Origin: Raillietiella orientalis
Taxonomy: Eukaryota
Assembly: GCA_036172245.1 (NCBI GenBank)
Contig: JAYWIR010000031.1
Location: 2,542,001 to 2,606,000, forward strand
Length of the DNA stretch: 64,000 nucleotides
Direction: 5' to 3'
Positions 49,984-61,745 of this stretch are shown here, piece by piece (the stretch's first letter is position 1; the number at the start of each line of letters is the position of its first letter). The translations under genes were made by a program, and so were the position numbers. The notes below the pieces were generated by a model, which searched no databases, had not been told where the DNA came from, and worked only from the letters and a program-made list of their open reading frames with translations.

Positions 49984-52900
49984 ATGAAAGCGGCCGTGCG
50001 TTGGGCTGTGCTGTTTATCGTTATCAAAGGGACCTGTGCACCCTTCCGATATGGCCACCTCCAGTGCAATCCTTTGCCCATAGATAAGAGAGTGAAGCGT
50101 GTTGATTTCGTGTTCGCCGGGAAGATCCTGGAGCTCAGGAGCGCCGCCAACAGTTCCCACCACCCCACCCAAGCTGTCGTGGAAATCCGCAGGGTCCTGA
50201 AAGGACACAGGCTGCGGAGAGGGCAATCCCTGCTGATCAAAGGGATAGGCAACCCTCGCCTGTGCAGCACACCTCCCAAAGTCAGGGACATTTGGATATT
50301 TTTCGTGCGCCAGGTATCCGAGCATCGCCTCTACCTGGACTCCGGCCTTCTCAGGATAACAGTAGCCAACCTGAACCAAATCAGAGCCAGCGTCAAAGGT
50401 AGGTCTTCCCTACAGCATGTAGAAACATTCGGGGAGACTCGGTTTTCCCGGAGGCGCTTGTTCCTTTCGGCGCGGCTCTTACGCACCCCTCCTCCCTAAG
50501 ACCGCTCCCCTTCCGTGGGATCACAGGCGCGAGGCTTTTGCCTTGATTTTTCCGCGAGTTGTACTGAAACGAGGCATCCCGAGGTGGACTTTGGTCAAAA
50601 GGCATCTCGCATTCTCCCAGAAGCACTCCCGAAAGAGGAAGCGCTCTTCCGCAGGCAGCATCTTTATGGCGACAGGTTTCCAAGAAACAACAACTCAACC
50701 TCGACGCAAGCCATCATCCCACAGGAGAAAACCCATAATCTTGTGGTGCTCACCTCCGCGTCCCTTGTTTTGCCTTTTCGAAAGCAATCGCCGTCTGATT
50801 CCTGCTATCCTTTTCATTAATTATCTCCAGAGTGATTTCGGCCTTTAATAAACTTCGTAGGAGGGAAAGTGTCTCAATAAATTTGTCATTCGTCCAAAAT
50901 TCGCGATCAGATAAAGAAGAAAAAAAGGGGAGGGAGGGAAGAGGGAAGAAGAAGAAGAAGAAGAATCTAGGATTGCAGAATTGCAGAACCACTTGCATAA
51001 CGATGGGAACACAAAGTGAGCCATTTCTCCGCAAGTTTTTGTGCTTGCTCGGATGGACCCTCCGCGTGCCTCTAAACAATTGCAGGAGTCCCACATGCCG
51101 GTTTTGTTTTTTGTTTTTTTTTTTCCGTGTCAGATATTTCCTTAGGATTTGAATTTCACAATCGAACAAAGAGCTAGTCCAATTGCCTTTTTTTTGTTTG
51201 TTTTTTTTGTTTTTCGAGTCCACATGGAGGAATTAAAGAAATTAAAGAAAGCGCAGATGTACGGCTGGCGTACACGAAACAGATAGGCTTGTAATGACCA
51301 TTTTGCTGCTAAGAATGGACGCCCGAGGCCTGCGTGATTCATAGGCGAATTTGATTTAATTTTAAACGACGGCGCCCGTTTGAAAGCGGCTAAATTGCGC
51401 CCATGACAGGAATGCACAATTCTGCTTTCTAGCCGGATGGTGCAGCTACCCCCACGCACATCATCCTCAGGTGAAGTGAAACGTTCACGTATCAGAAAGC
51501 ATCCTTCTTCCTCTTTTTTAATTTTATTTTATTTTCCCTCTCTCTTTCTCTCCCTCTCTCCTTCTCCCTCTCGGAATCGTGGTGGAAAAGTGCTTCTCGA
51601 TCTTGATACATTGGTATTCGAGCTGCTAAACTCACCTACTTCGTCCCAAGGAAAACACGGAACACATGGGATTTAAACGGCTCCGAGAAGCGCGATCCCG
51701 GCGCGATGATCACTTCCGAACCTCATTTCACACTCGGATCATCTGATATATTCCGCACAACGACGGATCTTTTGGAGATACCGAACGGAACGAGGGGTTT
51801 TGATCACATGTGTGTGCAATTACGTGAGCGAAAATAAACCGAGAGAGAGGGGAGGAGACGCGATCCACGAGGCGGTCGGCAGTCTGCTGATCTCAGGAAT
51901 CACCATTACAAGGTACGCAGGAACGACTCGAGCGCCTTTTGCGCAAGCGCCCTGTCACCCTCGACACAATGGCAATCGTGTTAATTCGGGGAGATTTATC
52001 GGCGCTTTCATCCGCGCCCCGATATGGAAAGGACGGGCACCTGGGGAACCGCTTTTGTTCCTCTGCACCACTGTGCTTCTACGGGAAGGTTCGATCGAAG
52101 GAAGGCAGAGAAATCTGCAGCGCTCCTCGATCCTGGGATAGTCTCGCGCGCCCGAAGCGGTGGCTCTCCAAAGGCTCTCTTCCACACTCTTCCTCCTCCT
52201 CCTCCAAGAAAACAACGCAGCCCCTCTTGGGAGCGTTTCATTAGCCGTATTTCATCGACTCGACGCTCTTTCATTGCCGGAAGATCGGGATCAGGGAAAT
52301 GGAAACGTGGCTTCTCCCTACTCTGGAACCCATCAAAGTCTCGGGAGCGATCGCGTGCTGCTTGGTGAACCTTCCTCCTCTGCTGGATTTTCATTCCACT
52401 CCTGCTTCTCCTCCCTCGGGGAAGAATTCGTCGGGACCAGCAACGCGCACGAGAGAGCTGAGAGGGGACGAAAGGGAAAGAAAGAATGCAGTGTTTGCAT
52501 TTCGAGAGAGGGAAGAGGAGGTTGCCTTCGAGCGGGTGAGCGGTTGCGGAGGGAAAGGTGCCGTCTTCCGAGGAAGACGCATCATGGGCATCGAAGACAG
52601 AGGCGAGGAGGACGATCGGAAGCTTCGCCGTGGTTTCGCCGCTGTCCTCGCAGGAGATCGCTCTCGCTGCCGCTGCCTGGAGCGACGCGGGAAGGTTCCC
52701 CGAAGGCCGCCCCCCTGGAGGAATCCTCCGCGTGCGAGCGGTCCGGAGACGTGCAGAGTGTTGCCTGGGAGCACAGCTGGCCAACTTCCCCTCTGGAAGG
52801 AGACCGCCGTGGTCAGGCGTCGTTTCGATGCGAGGAGAGCGACGGAAAGGTCCACGGCCGTAGTCTCACTTGGAGGGGGGGGAGCGAAGGAGCTGTGAGG

Positions 52901-55900
52901 ATCAGTGGCAGGATACGCGCGCGTAGGGGCTTCCTGGAGCCGTGCCTTCTCCAGGAACGCCCGGAGAAGGCGCAGCTCCTTGGTGCAAGCTAGCCAGGCC
53001 TTTCCTTGAAGGGAGCAGCACTGAGCTCACGACCACCCACCCACCGAGGAGAGAGAGACGCTGCATGCCTACAAACTCCTCCGCCACTAGAACCCATGCA
53101 TCATTTTCTACCTCTTCCCCTCCCCCCTCCCCTTAATTCCTTCTCCCCTCCCTCAGACACTCAAGGCGACACTGTCAGGTGGACGCCCTTGAACGCGGGA
53201 GGCAAGGAGAGGAGGAAAACGAAGCGGAAGAATTCTCTCCCCTTGACGCCGTCGACCGCGGCCTGGCGACAGGGCAGTGTTTGGAGTTCGCGCGACCAGA
53301 AGGAGGGGGGATTCCACTTCTGTGGGTTCCTTACACAAGTCCTTTCGGTCGGCGCCGCCTCCGAGGACGCGCAGCGATGAGTGCGGCACGTTGGGGACGG
53401 GCGAGGAGCTAGCGAGCCGACAGACTTGCCCCAAGTGCGTGGATAAACCGGAAAGGCTACGGGCGGATTCTCTGTGAACCAGATCGAGTCGTACCTCGGC
53501 TAGGCAAGGGGGAAGAGGAAAGGGTCACCGGAGGCCGTCTTTCTCGCTGCAGTCCTCCTCGCCTTTGCATGCAGGCAGCTCCCTCTCGGATTTCCTCCAA
53601 CACTGCTGGTACCTCTGCCTGGAGGAGGGTCGAGACAGCTTCCCGGAAGCAACGTGGCATCTCCGATGGTCCATCGCTCGGAAGTCCCTGAGGCGCTACG
53701 AATGGCAGCAAGGGTTCTAAGAGTGCTCCTTCGTGTCCTGCCATGGAATCACTTCGGAGGGCTGTCCGAGGACGGATGCAGGAGCGAGCCGACCTGTCGC
53801 AGCTCAGAGACGCGTTTTGCCAGACACCGGATGCGCAGGAGACTCCAGTTCAAGAAGGATATGTCGCCGCGCGGTATGCAAGCGGCAGGAAACATGCCGT
53901 GCTGTTCGGAAGGATGGTGTGAGGACCACCACCCGTTCATCCGAGAGATGCCAAGATGTTGTTTATCACCAGAACGGTCCTTACGCACGGAGATGAGGAG
54001 TCCGACTGTCCATTCGCTGCCCAACCTCTCACGGGTCCCTTCCTCTCTTGGCAGCTAGTAAGTAGGTCACCTCCGTGCTCTCGTAGAGGATATTGTGCTA
54101 AGGCGCAGGGGACGCTTATACAGAGCATGCTTATTTCTTGGAGTTCCGCCTGACCACCTTCAGAGGAACTCCCTCGGGGTGTTGAACGGGTCCAGGTGGT
54201 TGTGATCTGTCTTTGAGGACTCGGGATGGTCTCCCAGATGCGGTATCCACAGTTCCCTGCCTCCAAGCGTCGGAAAACTTGCCGGCCTGATGGCACATCT
54301 ACAGGGGATTCATCATCAGGAAAGCCGAACCCTTTGGAGGGAATACCGGAGTCCTCATCCTGTTTAGGGCTTAGGAAGGGTAGAAAGGATGTCTCTCGGA
54401 CGACCGCGTGCAAGGGAAAATTTAGCGCTCGTTCCGATGGCGGTCCAAGCTCAGAGACGACCGGTCGAAGTGCACTTCTGGTCTTTCGAGAGTCAGCTTT
54501 GCCGAGCTCATCGTCGTGGAGCGAGAGCTCAGAGAAATTGGCCAGGCGGTGATTCTGCCGCATAAGCACCTGAGTGGTGAGGGAGGGAGTGGACGAAGAG
54601 GATGCTCGGGAAAAGTTCAATGAGGCATGAGCAGGTTGGCTCTCTGCCTCCGCTTGCCACAGAACCCTGTTTTCCCCCTTCCGTTCCTCAGGAACCAGCT
54701 GGAAGTCGAGGAATCCCGAGGGGTGGAATCGAGGCTTGTCGGGCTCGGAAATGTACCCTGCCAGGCTTCACCTTCGGTCTGGACTGGCATCCACCAGGAG
54801 ATGGTATCTGATTCAGGTGCGGGGAGCTCCCTACGCCCCCTCTCCCTTCCCACACGCGGAAAACGAACGCCACCCTCCCTCCCTCCCTCTCTAGTGCTAG
54901 ACCGCAACAAAAGGAGCAAGCGCGAGGGTGGGTTGCCGACTAGTCGCGACGCTCCGCAGTCCCATCCCCGTCTCGGTCAAGGGATGCGACTTCAGTAATT
55001 CCTCCTCCTCCGTCCCGGCTTCCTTTTCTTTCCATGCCAGTCCAGGTGGAAGGTGGAAGTTCTTCGCGCGGTGCTCACCACCCTCCTCTTCCTCCTTCTT
55101 CTCCTCGCTGGGCGGCCGACTGGCACGAAAAGGCCTTCTGCTTTCGGTTTCGCTGCTCCGCAAATTCCTCTTTCTCCAGGCTCCCTGCTGACGTCCAGGA
55201 AGTCTTTTCTGTATTCTCCGGTGGTGCCAGAAGTTCCAGTGGACACGAACATCACATTCCGATTGTTTGACGACGAGGATTCCGTCAACTCCTCCTCCGT
55301 CCTCCTTCCGGCGACTTCCCTCCTTCCCTCTTCTTCCTCTTCTCCCGCCCGCATTGCCTTCTCCTCTGCTTCTTCCCCTCCTCTTCCTGCTCCTTCTTCC
55401 TTCTCCCCCCACTGTGTCCCGAACCCGTGCCTTGGCGGAGGGAAGTGCGTCCTTAGCTCGGGAGGGCATCCTGTCTGCACCTGCGAGCCTCCTGCTACCG
55501 GGAGCACATGCGAGAAAGGTCTGTTATCGTCCCGGAACTTCCCTCACTCATTCCCTTTTCCGGGAGAAGGGGTGAGGAGCCCACGCTTCTTCGGAGATTC
55601 GTACCTCCAGCTAAGTACTCTCCAGAGCAGGAAGAAGACGACCGTGGACCTCGACCTGCGTCCTGTGTCCCCTACCGGGATTATACTCTACAGCGAGCAG
55701 AACGAGGACAGGCGCGGGGACTTCATCTCTCTCGCCCTGTCGAATGGGTAAGATGCACTGCGCTGAAGGGGTGGGGGTGGGGGGTCAGAAGCGCAGACGG
55801 GGACCGTGAGAGCTGCTTCTCCTCCCACTACGGCGTGCCCATACTCTTGTGGAGCTGCTCCACCTCGACGAGCCGTCGCGCCCCCTGCTCTTCTTTCCTC

Positions 55901-58900
55901 CTGGGCTGTAGGAGTGCTTCGGAACGAGTCAGGTCCTGGGTCAGCAGCTCTCCCGAAAGACTACCCTTTCTCTTTTCCTCATCCCCTATCGCAGAAGGTG
56001 CTCGAAGGAGTGCGTATCTGTCATCTCATCCAAGCGTGCACCCGGCCCGGATCTGCGGCAGCCGTAAAAATATTCCTGGGAGGTGCGAACGGAAGGGAGG
56101 CGACGATGCTGATGGTGGTGATGGTGATGATAATGGTGGCGGTCGTAATCATGGTGATGGCGGCGATGACGATGATGATAGTGGTGATAACGATGATGAT
56201 GATAACGACGACGACGACGGTGATGATAATTGACGATGGGGACGGTAATGATGATGATGATGATGACCACGACGACGCTGACGATGATGGTGGTGGTGCT
56301 GGTTGGTGTTGGTGATGAGGGAGGAAGCCGGGTAGGCGACAAGAAGCACGGGTCTCGCCCACATCCTGCTACGTGTGAATTCTATCACGCCCTCGAATTA
56401 CCCCTCCCCCCTTGCAGGACTTTCCAGGACAGTCCTGAGCGTAAATCGAGCACCAGAATTGCCATCTTCCCTTCAGACATCTCTGCTCTATCTTACGTGG
56501 CGACTATTCTCATTTCGCCTGCGACCATTCTGCTCCTGCTACCATCTGGAGGCAACTGCTCTTTCGCTCCCACTCACCCCCTTCCTCCTCCATAACCTCA
56601 TTCCCTCCCTCATCCTTCTTCTGACGCTCCTTCATCTTCTTCCCCGTACGCTTTGGAAGAATCCTCGCCACCTTCTCGTGCACGGCCTCCCCAGCCCTTC
56701 GCGAGCGAACCGTTCGCCTTCGACCTCAAATGCCAATTCCACCAATCCCAATCCTCCTTGTCCGTTGTGGACATTGCTGCCAAATCCCCCCCCCCCCTAT
56801 CCGCCTTTTGCCTCTCATCAGCAGCAGTTGGCATCCCTGACGGTCCCTCCGTTCTTGCCGACCCTTTTCCCAGCAGCCACCTCCTGCTCCTGCGCATCCA
56901 CGCCAGGAGAAAACTGTTCAATCCCTCCTTCCTCCTCCTCCCTGCTGATCCCTGCCTGAGTTCACGCAGGGCTCGTAACCTCGCGATCGCTTCTGGAAGC
57001 CATCGGCCCGCTGGCCGGATGACCCCGTGATCGGAAAGGATCCTCCCCTCCCAAATTCTCAAAGAGTCCGTGTGAAGTCACTCTTTTCCTGGACCGAACT
57101 TCTCCTCCCTCTGCCCTACCCTCTTGCTACCTCCTTGGTGCACGGCAGAGAGAGCAGCTGACCAAAAAGGGCAACTCCCCGAGAGGATGACCGGTCGCAA
57201 AAAGAATTTCGTCGCTTCCCTGCGACTTCACCGGACTCTTTCCCGCACCCCAACCCACCCTAACCACCGGCACCTTCATTCGCGGGCCCTTCCGTTCCGA
57301 CCGCTCCTTTGGCCGCCTTCTGGTGTTCCCACTGCCGCGACAGCCAGCCCAAAGACAAGCCGGAAATATCTGTCCTTGGGCCCATGCGGGGAAAGGTCAA
57401 GACCAGTGGCGAGGTCACAGAGGCGGCTCCGCTGGCGCTTCCTTCTGCCTCAGAGCGTTCCTCCGCTCCCCTCCGTTTTCCCTAGGAGCACGCAAGGAAC
57501 GGTGAACCCCGTCCCCTGTCCCTACCCCCGCAGGCGATAGATCGGCTTCTCTTTCAGGCATGTGGAGCTGCGCTACGACTTGGGGAGTGGTCCCGTGGTC
57601 ATTCGGTCACCACGAGCCACGAGAATGGGCTCATGGCACCACGTGTCTGTGAAGAGGTACCTCCGTGACGGGTTGCTGCAGATCGACGGCCAGCAGGTGG
57701 CCACCGGGAGGTCTCCGGGACCCCTGAACTCCCTAGACCTCCATCTTTCTCTGTACCTCGGGTTCCCGGGCAGGAGTAAGAGGTCTCGCATCCGTGGCCC
57801 CGAAGGGAGGCACTGACGCGTCCCTTTCCTCAGGGCACAGGCGAACGCCAGGGTTGGAGAAGGCTTCCAGGGCTGCCTGCGGAACCTGGTCATCGACTCC
57901 CGCCCCGTGGACCTATCGTTTCCGCGCTCCCTGGACGTCCGTGTGGGAGAAGCCGTCGGCGAGTGCGAGGACGGAGGAGAGGGCGCTGGCGCCTGCGAGA
58001 GGCAGCCTTGCCTTAACGGCGGCACCTGCACCCCTTCCGGCTGGGACTTCCTCTGTCGGTGCCCCAAGGATTACAGAGGTAGCCGCCTCTGCTGTGCGTG
58101 CGCGCCTCAGCGAGGGTAGGGGACAGGACATCCTGTCCCTCACCTCCTTCCTGAGCAGGCTCCCTTTCCCGGGGGGCCGACATCCAGGAGAAGCATCCTC
58201 CAACCGCGCGCAGGCGCAGGCGGGTTTGCGCCCGCCCATCGTCCCGGGAAGGTGGACATGTCCATCTTGGCGGCGTGGACCCCACTCACTCCTTCGTGCG
58301 AAGTCACCATTCTCCGGCAATCGATGACCTCCTGTGGGGAAGCGGGAGCGGGAAACGCCTCTGAAAAGCGGCGTGCACGTGGCCTAAGGATGCCGTCTTC
58401 TCCCCAGGGAAGAACTGCAGCCTGCGCGTCGGCCGGGCTCCCGTGAAGACGGAGCGCCGCCTCATCCTCAGGAACATTCCCGGGGCTGGTGCCTACGAGG
58501 CGCGATCAGGTGAGCCACCCGGAGAGCGGGACTTATCAAAGGGGGTGACGAGGGCGCGTGTTCCTCGGGGGCTTGTTCGAAGAAGGCTTGGTTCCTGTCT
58601 GAGTGACCCCGTTGCTCGGGTCGGACCAGACGCTTCACGAGCAAAGCTCCACGTGTCGGTGGACGGGATCCACCTTGTTAGTCGGATGTGATTTTCTCTC
58701 GGGCGGACCTCCAGATTCCACCTTGGAAGTCGGACAGGAAAAGACGGGCTAGGATGGGCGGTTGCGGGGCATTCTCAATGGAATCCTTCTGGGTTCTTCC
58801 CTGTTTCGCCGCCTTCCTTCCAGTTTTTGGGGGAAGGGGGGGGGGAGGAATCTTTTTCCTGGCGTTCTGAGCACTCAAGGATCGTTTGCCTGGAGGCTCT

Positions 58901-61096
58901 TGGACTCTTGAACGCCGTCCACGCCACCCGAGGGCGCGTGCGACTTTCCAAGTTATAGGGAACTGCAGGAAGGGACCACGCTATAAAATCGAGTTCGGGC
59001 TCCCGAGGAAGGAGTCCATTCTTCTCTTACTCTTGGGAGGGAACCTCGAAGGGACCCATCCGAGACATCAGCAGCAAACATCAGAGGTGATACGAGATGG
59101 AGGACGGCCCCGTTCTCACAATCGGAGGGCAACTCCAAATAGCTCCTTGATTCCTGGAAGGACCCCGCAGCGTCGACTTCCAATCCCGGCCAGTCAATGG
59201 GGTTATCCAGAAGTTTCCGGCTTCCACCAGCGCCGCACTCGAATAGACCCAACCAGCATCATCCTGTAGGGATGAACTCGAAACCCACGATGCATCCCCC
59301 GTTCTCGGCATCGATCCTTCCCCGGGACGGATTCGAACCAGAGATGCTCGGTGCTGCGCATGGCAGCCACAACCACGTGGCCTCTAACGCGGTCTTTTTT
59401 CCCACAAGCCAAGGGGTAGATCTTCCTGAATATCCCTCCTGGCCTCTGCGCGCCGAGGCGGGACTATGCTCTCCGTCACGCTACGAGAGCGCACGTCCTC
59501 CGCTTCCGGTTGCCTTCCTTTTGATCCCCTTCTGGCGCCGGTGGCGCGGAGAGGGCACTTTGACGAGGGGCACGTGTCGCTTGATCCTGCCGTGATGCTG
59601 CGAAGCGTCGCTCGTCGCTCTGGCCCAACTCGTCTCCTCCTCCCGATGCGGGCGCTGGCGCGCGCCGTCAGAGCCCCGCCGGAGGTTCGGCTGTTTTCCG
59701 AGTGCGTCGGAGCGAACACCTCGTGAGCGTGAGCTGACGAAGAGAAATTCCAGAGCGGGGAGACAAGATGGCTTTCTCTTACTGGGCGAAGGATAAGCGC
59801 GAAATGGGAAGAGGGGGGGGGGGGAAAGCTGGGCATCCATAAATGATCTTCCGATGGCGGATATTACCAGGGAAATTTCTTCTTGAGATGATGGCTGCCG
59901 AGGAACTCGGGTCTCCTCGCCCGGATTCAGACACCTGAGGGGCGAATAATGGAGGGCAATCAGGAGTTCCGATCGAGGTGCGGGTCACGGGCGGGAAGTG
60001 GGGAAATGAATCACATCCGATTGGGGTCCGTTCGTTTCCTGTGGCAACGGGACTTGAACTGGTCGGGGGCGAAGCAGACTGGATGGGATATCACAGCGGC
60101 CGATCGCATCTCGCTCCGGGGCGGCGTTGAGCGTCGCGACGGAAAGTCGCGACCGTGCACGCGTGCTGCACGTGTGTACAAGCGAGGATGCGCTTCCAAA
60201 ATACTTTCCCTTTCCGCTCTCACGGATGCTAATTGCGTTCCCTCCGGCACATGACTTTCAGGTTAAGCGGTTCCGGTCGTCGAGTTGCTCGCGCAGTCTG
60301 CGCTCATGGGGAGGGGGGCTGCGAAAGCAGACGTGCCAGCGGAAAAGGCACGGAAGGCATCCTCCCGCGGCCGATCATTCGGGAGAGGAGGCGCTGAGAG
60401 CTTGGACCAGGGCACATCCCCACTTCCTCGTAGGCAGATGAGGAGCCCCGGCCGCAGCTCACACCCCGCGTTCTGGGTTGTCTTTCGGTCGCCATCTGAA
60501 ACTTCCACTTCTTGCACGCCGCCACGACGGAGCGAAAGGTTCTTTCAAGGTCATTCCGATCGCTTGCCTATCGCTCAAGGTTTCGACCAGTAGCCCCGGT
60601 CGCCCCGGTTCGACGGGCGCTTCGGACCCGACGCAGGTCGTGCGCGCTCTTCACGCGCCAGGCAGCGGTGTTCGCGTTCGCGTAGAACTCGGGGCCACAC
60701 GCAGGTTCGACTAGTCGCCGCAGCCCACGGCACCGGGAGGAAGGGGGGGGGGTCTACCTTCTCCTCTTCCTGGAAGCACAAGGCGTTTGCTTGCTCTCTC
60801 GCGTTGCCTCCCAGGAGAACGCGTTTGTCTGCCGATCGGGACAAACTCGGTCCAGACTCCGAAAGTGCCGAGAGGTCGGCACCCGAACACCCTTACCGTC
60901 CAGAAGCGAAGGGAACGGGAAGCGGTCTCCGGTTTCCTCCTGTGCCGGTCAAGGAGACGTTGCTTCCTGGAGACGACCATCTCAAGAATGCGTTTCTTTT
61001 CCAGGCTTCAACACAACAAGCATCGCCTTCTTCAACGGTTACTCTTTCATGGAGCTCGAGCACCCGTTTCAGGTCAGCAGCATCCTGAAAATTGAG
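49984..61096 (+). CDS. Secreted agrin/pikachurin(SP2353)-like protein: signal peptide-NtA-Ser/Pro linker-EGF-LamG-EGF-LamG(start); 3' part lies beyond the window
   Basis: Phase-consistent exons: 49984-50398 (signal peptide + NtA-like C..DFVFAGKI..AVVEIRRVLKG..GIGNPRLC..DIWIFFV..LDSGLLRITVANL), 55180-55518 (Ser/Pro linker + EGF CVPNPCLGGGKC..CTCEPPATGSTCE), 55570-55747 (LamG PRFFGDSYL..LRPVSPTGIILYS..GDFISLALSNG), 57558-57782 (HVELRYDLGSG..WHHVSVKR..GLLQIDG..LYLG), 57834-58078 (FQGCLRNL.. EGF CERQPCLNGGTC..CRCPKDYR), 58408-58509 (GKNC completes the EGF; donor gtgagc) and 61005-61096 (AFFNGYSFMEL, start of the next LamG). About 532 codons lie in the window. An upstream acceptor (ttccttag, ~49895) suggests a 5'UTR or trans-splice site. 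Confidence 0.88.
56101..56318. repeat. Degenerate trinucleotide microsatellite (GAT/GAC/GGT)n in an intron of the agrin-like gene
   Basis: Directly visible; it generates poly-D/H/M/I ORFs in several frames. Confidence 0.9.
58915..59385 (-). mobile_element. SINE-like repeat, copy D (intron of the agrin-like gene)
   Basis: The reverse complement has A-box-like AGGCCACGTGG (59373-59383) and B-box GGTTCGAATCC (59329-59339), then gatcgatgccgagaac..gtgggtttcgagttc..caggatgatgctggttgggtctattcgagtgc..ggattggaagtcgac..ccaggaatcaaggag..ccctcgggtggcgtgg, colinear with copy A. Confidence 0.7.
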
Positions 61097-61745
61097 GTAA
61101 TCATTATAATCACTGATGCTCTCATCTTGATTGTTCCAATTGATGGAAGAGGGTAGTGGGGTAAAGCAGGGCCAAGAGTTTCGCGGAGCCCCCGCGTTTG
61201 CAAAGGGGAAGTCGCGCTCCGTGTCGCCGGCACGCGGCGGGAGCTCCGTCTTCTGGCGGTTGGCCGCCAGTTTCGCTCTCCCTTTCGCGTCCCTCTCGAT
61301 TGTCGGAATCCGACCCAGGATCGCACGCGGGCCCGCTCTTCCGGACCGACACGCCCGAGGCCGGGGAGAGATTCCTTTCTCCTTAACCACCGAGACCGGT
61401 CCACCTCTCATGGAGTTGGGACGGAGATCGCTCCGTCTCGAGGAACGCCTTTGGTTCCGCCCCGCAAAACGAGACCGAATTCCCAGTCCCTTCCTCTGCT
61501 TCTGGTCACCCGCTCCTTGCCGACGGCTGAGCACCCGACATCTTGGGAAGATGCCTGCCGTTCCGCATGCGGAGAAGGTGATTCCCATGGCAAAGTTACC
61601 TCTGGTCACGCGCTTCTCCAGGAAAAGGCAGGAAGTGAACAGAGTGCAACAGGAAGCGGGAAGCATGGAAAGATCCCTGGTTCGCGAGCGAGGTTGCAGG
61701 AAAACTGCCTACGGGCAGCGGAGTTTCAGCAAAACTGATGCTGCT

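Noticed and set aside
52008..52993. Long overlapping ORFs (258-277 aa)
   Set aside because: R/S/P/G-rich, open in several frames on both strands in GC-rich intron sequence, with no domain signature.
55508..56388. Poly-Asp/His/Met ORFs
   Set aside because: Translation artefacts of the (GAT)n microsatellite inside an intron.
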